NCBI RefSeq assembly: GCF_006345805.1 | Contig: NC_042998.1 | Location: 79,050,001-79,114,000, forward strand | Reading direction: 5' to 3' | Length of the DNA stretch: 64,000 nucleotides | Source of the DNA: Octopus sinensis | Taxonomy: Eukaryota | Part shown: piece by piece, positions 54,394 to 63,515 of the stretch | Position numbering within the stretch: position 1 is the stretch's first letter | How the letters are laid out: each line of letters opens with the position of its first letter | Notes under the pieces: model-generated | The model's database searches: none | What the model was told of the DNA's origin: nothing | What the model saw: only the letters and a program-made list of their open reading frames with translations | Position numbers and translations under genes: made by a program

Positions 54394-54546
54394 TGTGGGA
54401 GTGATATCATAATAGTAGGATGTTAAATGGTCAAGTACCATGAAAGTGACTTGTGAATGGTGGTAGAGATTGAATTCTTGAGATATCACTTTTGAATGTA
54501 TTGTTTATAATATTTATGTATACATACATACACTTATATATATATA

Positions 54547-54606
<60 letters not shown>

Positions 54607-54609
54607 ATA

Positions 54610-54766
54610 TTTTTTCTCTCTTGTTTCTCTCGTTTTTTCTGTGTCCCTTTCTGTAGAAGAGAGTAGGCTCGAAACGTAAAAGACTTTTTCTATTCCTGAG
54701 CGTTATACTATACATCTGTTTGTTTTGTACACCACCTGTCTTGTCTTTTGTTTTTTCGTAAATTCT

Positions 54767-54769
<3 letters not shown>
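54610..54769 (+). mobile_element. Short Penelope pLTR-like repeat with atypical minimal hammerhead motif (54647-54682)
   Basis: cttt CTGTAGA A gaga gtag gctc GAAAC GTA aaag; flanked by (TA)n. Confidence 0.5.
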
Positions 54770-54816
<47 letters not shown>

Positions 54817-54825
54817 TCAGAAAGA

Positions 54826-55661
54826 AAGATAGATTGTACGATGCATGTGTACGAACTGCTACGCTTCACGGGCGAAACATGGGCTATGACTGCGGAGAAC
54901 ATGTGTAAGATCGAAGGAAATGAAGCTAGTATGAACCACTGGATGTGTAATGTCAGTGTGCACACACGACAGAGTGTGAGCGCCCTGAGAGAAATGTTGG
55001 ACATAAGAAGCATCGGATGTGGCGTGCAAGAGAGACGATTGAGCTGGTGTGGTCATGTACTACGAATGGATGAGGAGAGATGTGTGAAGAAGTGCCTCTC
55101 CCAAACAGTTGAAGGAACCTGGGATAGAGCTAGACCCAGGATGACATGGGATGAGGTGGTCAAGCATGACCTTCAAACGTTGGGCTTCACAGAGGCAATG
55201 ACGAAAGACCGAGACCTCTGGAGATATGCTGTGACTGTGATGACCCGATAAATAAAGTGAGTTCATGCCTGTATCCTACACCAGCTTCACACAACCATCC
55301 CACCCAATTCAAAGTACTTGGATCGTAGGATAGACTGCTGTGCTTACCTTCAATCGTAGGGCGACCTGCTGTGCTTGAGGAAACCTTTGAGAGAAGTACA
55401 TAACATCAAAATAAAAATCAAATGGAAATTGTAGTTGTGATACCCGTTTCGGTGGCACGCAAGAAGCAACATGCGAACGTGACCGATGCCAGCGCCGCCT
55501 TGACTGGCTTCCGTGCAGGTGGCACGTAAAAAGCACCAACCGATCGTGGACATTATCAGCCTCCTCTGGCTCGTAAAAAGTACCCAATACACTCATGGAG
55601 TGGTTGGGGTTAGGAAGGACATCCAGCTGTAGAAACACTGCCAGATAAGACTGAAACCTGG
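54826..55661 (+). mobile_element. RTE LINE C-terminus and 3' UTR, lacking terminal tail
   Basis: RLYDACVR...GETWAMTAE...VQERRLSWCGHVLRMDEERCVKKC...RPRMTWDEVVKHDL* followed by UTR ending aggaaggacatccagctgtagaaacactgccagataagactgaaacctgg. Confidence 0.92.
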
Positions 55662-55878
55662 AGTAAGGGGTTTTAAATCAAAGCTGAACCATTTCCTGTC
55701 GAGAGTCCCAGATGAGCCTACCTCACGGAAAGAGGTGCAAATGAAGCTATATCAAACTCTATTCTTCATCAAGTGCCACATATTAGAGGAGGCTCCTAGT
55801 AATAACAGTGTAGCGCAAAACGGCGGTGCATCAGCATGGCCGCAGCTCTGAGCTGAAACTTTAAAAGAAAAAAAAAAC
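55662..55878 (+). mobile_element. CR1-clade LINE 3' end
   Basis: FKSKLNHFLSRVPDEPTSRKEVQM; tail cggcggtgcatcagcatggccgcagctctgagctgaaact + A-rich end. Confidence 0.85.
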
Positions 55879-55982
55879 TACGAGAGTATAGTGGGTACCA
55901 CCGACACGAGGGCTAGTTAGTTCTTGCAATGACCATTCTCAAATGTATAGATGTATATGTATATATATAGACATATAAAACG

Positions 55983-56133
55983 GGATTGTTCAGTTTCCGC
56001 CTACCAAATCCACTCTCAAGGCTTTGGTCGGCCAGAGACTATAGTAGAAAACACTTGCCGGAGGTGCCACGCAGTGGGACTAAACCCAGAACCATGTGGT
56101 TGGTAAACAAGCTACATACGACACAGCCACCCC
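55983..56133 (-). mobile_element. SINE family B head/core only
   Basis: cagtttccgcctaccaaatccactc...gtgccacgcagtgggactaaacccagaaccatgtggttggtaaacaagc. Confidence 0.85.
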
Positions 56134-56211
56134 TGAACATCTATATATCTATCTATATACATATACAATATAGAGATATTTTATATATGTGTATATAATA
56201 TATATATATTT

Positions 56212-56825
56212 TTAACGTTTCTGTTCAGAGCTGCGGCCATGCTGATGCACCGCCGTTTTGCGCAACACTGTGGATAATATGTGGCTCTTGATGAAGAATG
56301 GAGTTTGATATAGCTACCCTCATTTGCACCTCTTGCCGTGAGGTAGGTTCATCTAGGACTCTCAACAGGAAATGGGCCAGCTTTGATTTAAAAACCCCTA
56401 CATCTACTTTGTGCAAGTTCCTCAGACTCTTTGGGAAAATATTAAAAAAGCTGTGGGCCCTTGAAACCCAGGCTGTTACAGTAACTGATCCTCAAGCGTG
56501 ATGGCATTGCTGGGATCTTTGGCACTATGCAATGACATCCCATTCTGGCATTGGTGTAGCTTTCAATGCCAAAATTTGGCACAGTTCCTTCCAGGATCTT
56601 CAAGATATATATTACGGCATACCTCTCCCATCTTCTCTCCAGGGAGTAGAGTCTTAGCTGTTTCAACCTTTCCCAGTAGCTGAGTTGTTGCAAAGAGACA
56701 ATCTTCTTTGTGAATCTTCTCTGGATTGCTTTAAGGTCCGCTGTTAATCTCACACTGGTGGGTGACCATAGATGTGAGTAGTAATCCAGGCGGCTGAGGA
56801 CGAATGTCCGTCAGTGGACCATCAT
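56212..56825 (-). mobile_element. CR1-clade LINE 3' ~610 bp
   Basis: RTFVLSRLDY..LWSP...LKAIQRRFTKKI..LSYWERLKQLRLYSLERRWERY...NSLGFKGPQLF...[20 protein letters not shown], tail as 55821-55860. Confidence 0.92.
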
Positions 56826-56854
56826 GGTGTCCATAATATGTATATTTTTATTTA

Positions 56855-57225
56855 TTTTATTTTATGTTCATTTCATCTAGTTTCAGCTCACGACCTGTGG
56901 CCAAGCTGGGGTACTGCCATTTGGTGCTGCTACATAATTTTACTTCATGAGTGCTTTTTAACAACTTTTTTGGTTCATGAGAGAGTTTGATGCAGCTGCC
57001 CTCATCTGCACTTCCTGCCGCGAAGTTGGTTCATCTGAGACACCAGACAAGAAGACATTCAGCTTTATTTTGAGGACGCCTACAGCCACCCCATGCAGGT
57101 TTTTAAGGTCCTTCGGGAGGATATTGAAGAGCTGTGGATCTCTGAAGCCCAGGCTATTGCAGTATCTTGTCCTACATCTTGATAGCAAATTTGGAGTCCT
57201 TGGCACTATGCAGTGGCGCCCAGTT
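56855..57225 (-). mobile_element. CR1-clade LINE 3' end, second subfamily
   Basis: [27 protein letters not shown]...[29 protein letters not shown]; tail cagcttggccacaggtcgtgagctgaaactag. Confidence 0.88.
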
Positions 57226-58005
57226 ATATATAATAATATAAATATATGTATATATATATATATATAGACATAAATACATATATATATAAATATACATACA
57301 TATATATATATATATAAATATACATAGATATATATATATATATATAAATATACATATATATATATATAAATATAAAATTATATATAAATAAACATAATAT
57401 ATATATATAAATATACATATATATTAAATATTATAAATTTATATATAAATAAACATATATATATATATATATATAAATATACATACATATATATATATAT
57501 AAATATACATATATATATATAAATATAATACATATATATATAAATTTATATATAAATAAACATAATATATATATAAATATACATACATATATATATAAAT
57601 TTATATATAAATAAACATAATATATATATAAATAAACATAATATATATATATAAATATATATATAAATAAACATAATATATATATATATAAATATACATA
57701 CATATATATATAATATACATAATATATATATATATATATATATAAATATACATAATATATATATATATAAATATACATAATATATATATATATAAATATA
57801 CATACATATATATATAAATATACATAATATATATATATATAAATATACATAATATATATACAACTATACATAATATATATATATATAAAAATATACATAA
57901 TATATCTATATAAAATATACATACATATATATATAAATATATAAATTTATATATAAATAATTAAATAAATAAATAAATAAAATATATATATATATATATA
58001 TATAT
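57226..58005. repeat. AT minisatellite, unit ~ATAAATATACATAATATATAT
   Basis: Directly visible degenerate tandem units. Confidence 0.95.
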
Positions 58006-58685
58006 GGATTTAAACGTAGGTGTTATTCAAATTCATTTTCTTCCGACGCATGTTTCGAAGATATCACTGGTATTATTTCATAGGAATAAAATGGTGTAAA
58101 ATAATGTAATCTTCTCTTCAGGGAAGTGAAGAAATGAAACTCGTCAATAAGACATTTTAACAGAAAATGGTGGATATGTATAGTGATTAACTGAACGCTA
58201 TTAATATCGTTTAAAAAAAAGGTTATAGGATATAACGTCAGTTGTAGCCTGTAGAAAGAGGGAGCATAAAGTAAAGAAAAACCAAAACCTTATAGACTAG
58301 GAAAAATATAAATCTAGTGAATGTAAAATGTAAGAAAAAAATTAATGTTTAAATTATATATAATGATAGAAATCACTTATATGAACTAAAGGTGTGTTTC
58401 TGCCAATGTTTACATCGGTATGCACGCTCTATAACCGTGTTTACTAGGGGATTTTTAGAAAAAATATCAAAAAATAGTTCAGAATTACAGAGAAGACAGA
58501 ATTCCTTAACTTTTTCACAATGTATCGAAATTGAGAGAATCAACCAATCTAAATTAAATTGTTTATTGTGGTCATTTAGATCCCAAATTAATTTACTAAG
58601 CCCTGTACTGTTACGTTTATTCCTATCCCTAAATTTTGAGTAATGATTAGAAATTCTTTTAGATAACTGTGAAGACATTGTTTTA
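58006..58685 (-). mobile_element. Penelope-like element: GIY-YIG endonuclease C-terminal part, 3' region and pLTR
   Basis: KRISNHYSKFRDRNKRNSTGLSKLIWDL...CLLCNSELF...N..E...CKHWQKH* matches recalled PLE pattern (RxxNHxxSF...T.LS.HIW.LK...C.LC..E...LN...E....C.H); terminal hammerhead. Confidence 0.85.
58040..58126 (-). ncRNA. Type I hammerhead ribozyme, Penelope-associated, intact core
   Basis: Stem I cttcc/ggaag; CTGAAGA (58121-58115); stem II gaagat/atcttc; GAAA (58056-58053); C-atgc-G minimal stem III; GTC cleavage triplet 58047-58045. Confidence 0.8.
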
Positions 58686-59112
58686 CAAGGCGGCGCTGGC
58701 ATCGGTCACGTTCGCATGTTGCTTCTTGCGTGCCACCGAAACGGGTATCACAACTACAATTTCCATTTGATTTTTATTTTGATGTTATGTACTTCTCTCA
58801 AAGGTTTCCTCAAGCACAGCAGGTCGCCCTACGATTGAAGGTAAGCACAGCAGTCTATCCTACGATCCAAGTACTTTGAATTGGGTGGGGTGGTTGAGTG
58901 AAGCTGGTGTAGGATACAGGCATGAACTCACTTTATTTATCGGGTCATTGCAGTCACAGCGTATCTCCAGAGGTCTCGGTCTTTCGTCATTGCCTCTGTG
59001 AAGCCTAACGTTTGAAGGTCATGCTTGACCACCTCATCCCATGTCATCCTGGGTCTACCTCTACTCCAGATTCCTTCAACTGTTTGGAGAAGCACTTCTT
59101 CGCACATCTCTC
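58686..59112 (-). mobile_element. RTE LINE fragment truncated at both ends; inverted near-identical copy of 55075-55502
   Basis: Base-by-base comparison: ~12 substitutions + 1 indel in ~428 nt. Confidence 0.92.
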
Positions 59113-59149
59113 AAACTAGAGAGAAGAAAATGTATATATATATAATTTT

Positions 59150-59387
59150 TTTTTTAAAGTTTCAGATCAGAGCTGCGGCCATGCTGATGCACCGCCGTTT
59201 TGTGCTACACTGTTATTACTAGGATCCTCCTCTAATATGTGGCACTTAATGTACAATGGAGCTTGATATAGCTACCTGCATTTGCACCTCTTGCCGTGAC
59301 GTAGGCTCATCTGGAACTCGCGACAGGAAGATGTCCAACTTTGATTTAAACTCCCCTATATCTACTTTGTGCAAGTTCCTCAGAACT
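59150..59387 (-). mobile_element. CR1-clade LINE 3' end (family of 55662-55878)
   Basis: Reverse complement ...gcacaaagtagatatagggg..tttaaatcaaagttggac...cagcatggccgcagctctgatctgaaact. Confidence 0.88.
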
Positions 59388-59498
59388 TGTATATATATAT
59401 TTATATCATCATATATATGATGATATAAATATATATATACAAGTTCTGAGGAACTTGCACAAAGTAGATATAGGGGTTTTTAAATCAAAGTTGGACAT
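59331..59498. repeat. 168-bp spacerless near-perfect palindrome
   Basis: Centre 59414/59415; only two mismatched pairs (59351-59352 vs 59477-59478). Confidence 0.95.
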
Positions 59499-59549
<51 letters not shown>

Positions 59550-59551
<2 letters not shown>

Positions 59552-59854
59552 AGGCGCAATGGCCCAGTGGTTAGGGCAGCGGACTCGCGGTCATAGGATC
59601 GCGGTTTCGATTCCCAGACCGCGCGTTGTGAGTGTTTATTGAGCGAAAAACACCTAAAGCTCCATGAGGCCCCAGCAGTGGGTGGTGGCGATCCCTGCTG
59701 TACTCTTTCGCCGCAACTTTCTCTCCCCTCACTCTCTTCTGTTGGCTTGCTCGCTTAGCCAGCGGGGTGGCGTCATTTGAAGGCTAAAACAATGCGAAGC
59801 GCATTGTGACCAGCGATATGTAGCAACATCTGATAGCCTGGTCGGTCACGGTGA
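59550..59854 (+). mobile_element. Young tRNA-derived SINE, family E
   Basis: ggcgcaatggcccagtggttagggcagcggactc (A box)...gcggtttcgattcccagacc (B box); CpG-rich; 3' end gaccag...ctggtcggtcacggtga then (TA)n. Confidence 0.8.
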
Positions 59855-60230
59855 TATATATATGTATATGTATATGTATATATAGTATATATATATCTAT
59901 ATATAATATATATGTATAATAATGTAATGTATATATATATATATATAATACATGTATATATATATATATGTATAATACATGTATATATGTATATACACAT
60001 GTATGTTATATATATATAATATATGTATGTATATATATATATATAATACATGTATGTTATATATATATATATATATATAATACATGTATGTATATGTATA
60101 TATATACATAATACATGTATGTATATGTATTTATATATATATATATACATACATGCATATATATAATACATGTATTAGTGTATATGTATATAATACATGT
60201 ATATATATGTATATATATATGTTTTTTATA
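59855..60230. repeat. Degenerate TA/TATGTA/TAATACATG microsatellite-minisatellite
   Basis: Directly visible. Confidence 0.9.
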
Positions 60231-60232
60231 TA

Positions 60233-60778
60233 TGATTCATCTCAAGGATTGAATCAACCCAGAGAGCATTCACTAAACGAATTGAAGGCATGGCTGCTCT
60301 CGATTATTGGGACAGCCTTAAAACCTAAACTCTACTCGCTCCAGCGCCGCCGCGAGTGGTACATCATTTGTACGATGTGGAGAATATACCGCCAACTTTG
60401 CCCAAACGACCTGAACATCAGTTTCAAGGTTCATCCAAGGCTGGGACCAAGGGGCTATACGTCCCCTGCCCAATTCAGGATCACAGCATATAGGTACACT
60501 GCAACATAGTTTCTTTTCCTCAACAGGCACTGCTCTGTTTAACATTGTCCCGAAAGAGATCAAAGAGGAAAAGGATACCATTAACTTTAAACGGAGTCTG
60601 GATAGATTCCTTCAAGGAATACCGGATAAGCCACCCAACAAGAACTCACAACTTGAATGGACCATAAACAAAACTTGACTTCAACGGGATTTAGAAAATC
60701 GTATCAGGTGGTGCTATTAAGTTAGACATGACCTGGACCAATCTTTGGTCGAAACATATCTTAGTTTTATCCAAGTTT
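60233..60778 (+). mobile_element. CR1-clade LINE 3' end, third family
   Basis: RIESTQRAFTKRIEGM..LDYWD.LK.LKLYSLQRRRE.YII..MWRIY...LFNIVPKEIK...FKRSLDRFLQGIPDKP*; tail hairpin gaccaa-tct-ttggtc gaaac. Confidence 0.88.
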
Positions 60779-61000
60779 TATATGTATCTCTATATATATA
60801 CATATATATATATGTATCTATATATATATGTATATATATAGATGTATATATATATATAGATGTGTATATATAGATGTATATATAGATGTATATATATAGA
60901 TGTATATATAGATGTATATATATATCGATGTATATATATAGATGTATAAATTATATATATATATATATATTATACATGTATATATATGTATACTCTCTCT
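60779..61000. repeat. (TAGATGTATATA)n-like minisatellite
   Basis: Repeated tagatgtatata units. Confidence 0.85.
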
Positions 61001-61007
61001 TTCTCTC

Positions 61008-61403
61008 GTTTACTTGTTTCAGTCATTTAACTGTGGCCATACTGGAGCACCACCTTTAGTCGAGCAAAACAACCCCAGGATTTATTTGTTGTAAGCCTTG
61101 TACTTATTCTATCAGTCTCTTTCGCTGAAGCCCTAAGTTATGGGGATGTAAACACACCATCATCGGGTGTCAAGCGATTTTGGGGGCACAAACACACACA
61201 AACATACACAAATTTATATATATATATATATACTTATATACGTCGCGCTTCTTTCAGTTTCCGTCCACCAAATCCTCTCACAAGGTTTTGGTCGGTCCGA
61301 GGGTATAGTAGAAGATACTTGCCCAAGGTGCCACGCAGTGGGAACGATCCCAGAACCAAGTGGTTGGTATGCAAGCTACATACTACACAGCCACTCCTAC
61401 GCC
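61008..61403 (-). mobile_element. SINE family B, full length, CR1-type tail
   Basis: Reverse complement of 53662-54070. Confidence 0.9.
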
Positions 61404-61527
61404 TACATATATGTATATGTATATATGTATACATATATATATGTATATGTATATATGTATATATGTATGTATACATATATGTATGTATACATATATGTAT
61501 ATGTATATATATGCATATATGTATACA

Positions 61528-61582
<55 letters not shown>

Positions 61583-61643
61583 GTATGTATATGTATATAT
61601 ATGTATATGTATGTGTATATATATATATGTATATGTATGTATA

Positions 61644-62403
61644 TATAAACAGGAAAAAAGCAACAAGAATGGATTAGTTGTTCAGTACAATTGTTTCATA
61701 CGAAGAACAGATTTATTTAAAGCTGCAAATATTGCAGTAAATACAAGTGTCCCGTATTCATCAGCCAAAACACATATGAGTTTTCCAAACATCCTAGGGA
61801 GTGAGGCTACACTCATGAAGTATCGAAGAGAGTACTATGAAAAGCAAAGTTAGGTTGTAAGCAGACTTAAAATGTTTTCTAATGATGCACAGTTTTATAA
61901 AAGGTTTTTAAAAAGATTGTTAGCTTTTCAGAAAAGGTAAATCCATCCATAATAATGCAGTTGTAATTTCTGGAGATATGAGGAAAAATTTTATTCACAG
62001 AGAAGATGAATGTATCCATAATAATGTAGATGTAATTTCCTGATATATGAGAAAAAGATGTTGATCACACATCTATTCATTTCACAAACTAAGTTGTTGC
62101 TGGATGGATTTACCTTTTCTGAGAAGCTAACAATCTTTTAAAAAACTTTTATAAAACTGTGCATCATTAGAAAACATTTTAAGTCTGCTTACAACCTAAC
62201 TTTGCTTTTCATAGAACTGTCTTCGATACTTCATGAGTGTAGCCTCACTCCCTAGGATGTTTAGAAAACTCATGTGTTTTGGCTGATGAATAAGGGACAC
62301 TTGTATTTACTGCAATATTTGCAGCTTTAAATAAATCTGTTCTTCGTATGAAACAATTGTACTGAACAACTAATCCATTCTTGTTGCTTTTTTCCTGTTT
62401 ATA
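61644..62403. mobile_element. Foldback/MITE-like element with ~305-bp terminal inverted repeats and 151-bp spacer
   Basis: Arms 61644-61949 and 62101-62403, ~97% identical (about eight differences); ends TATAAACAGG...CCTGTTTATA, compatible with TA target duplication; no ORF. Confidence 0.88.
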
Positions 62404-62521
62404 ATCACCCCACATTATTTTATGGTTAATACCATAAAGATTTCTGGTGCATCTAAGTTAAGTACCGCATTCATTTGAATTCATTGGAATTCATTTGAAT
62501 CTTAATTGTTTTACTGAAATG

Positions 62522-62570
<49 letters not shown>

Positions 62571-62655
62571 GTATATATATGTATATATACATGTATATAT
62601 GTATTATTTGTATATATATATGTATATGTATATTGTGAGTCCAAACCATCGGTTA

Positions 62656-62728
62656 GGGCTCGTGGCGCAATGGATAACGTGTCTGACTACGGATCAGAAG
62701 ATTCCAGGTTCGTATCCTGGGGAGCTCG
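62656..62728 (+). tRNA. tRNA-Arg-ACG: tRNA-Arg(ACG), probably a pseudogene
   Basis: GGGCTCGTGGCGCAATGGATAACGTGTCTGACTACGGATCAGAAGATTCCAGGTTCGTATCCTGGGGAGCTCG: cloverleaf, anticodon stem TCTGA/TCAGA, ACG. Defects: G7:G66 mismatch, T at position 58 in B box, G10:T25 wobble, no oligo-T terminator nearby. Confidence 0.85.
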
Positions 62729-62756
62729 CATATGTATGTATATATATATATGTATG

Positions 62757-62787
<31 letters not shown>

Positions 62788-62920
62788 ATATATATATGTA
62801 TGTATATATATATGTATGTCTGTATATATATATATATATATATATGTGTTTATATATATATCAATATATGTATATATATATATATGTATATATGTATGTA
62901 TATATATATGTATATATGTG

Positions 62921-62980
<60 letters not shown>

Positions 62981-63274
62981 CAGATTATATATAGATTAAT
63001 ATAGTTTAACTGTCACCCTATAGTTAATCTATATTTAGAAATACTTAATATTCAATTTTATTTATTCTTTCCAATTATGAATGTTTAATAATTGAATGTT
63101 GTGAGTTAAAAATCACCGTTTTTTTCTACAACATCTGTCTTTGTAAAATAATTTTTTGTTTTAATCTTGGAATTAAATGGGTTTTTTTTTACTGTCAGGT
63201 GACTTTTGGCCAACCCCGTATATATGTTTGTGTGTCTGTGTGTACGAGTTTGTCTGTGTATACATACAGGTAGT

Positions 63275-63515
63275 TGGGGTGTTGCACTCATGATTGCAAT
63301 ATCATGGTTTCAGTTCCTAGTTCGGGTGGCACGTTGTGTTCTGGAGTGAAACACTTCCTCCCAAATTGCTCTGCAATCACTTCAACACCTGATGCATGAC
63401 ATACCGTGCATCTCTTCAGGCAACATAAATTTGATGGAGAACAGTGAGCTAATGTACAGCACATACTCTTGATCACTATAAACAGATCATTTGTGCAGGT
63501 CATTTGACAATAAAG
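63275..63515 (+). mobile_element. Decayed tRNA-derived SINE (further family)
   Basis: catgattgcaatatcatggtttcagttcctagttcggg...ttgtgttctggagtgaaacacttc core resembling 40060-40375 head/core. Confidence 0.55.

Noticed and set aside
60725-60760. Stem-loop + GAAAC resembling the 3' half of a hammerhead
   Set aside because: No CUGANGA upstream and no stem I; it is the CR1 3' recognition hairpin
49126-63004. Many long Y/I/M/C-rich ORFs in the track
   Set aside because: Translations of (TA)n/(TG)n/(TATG)n repeats
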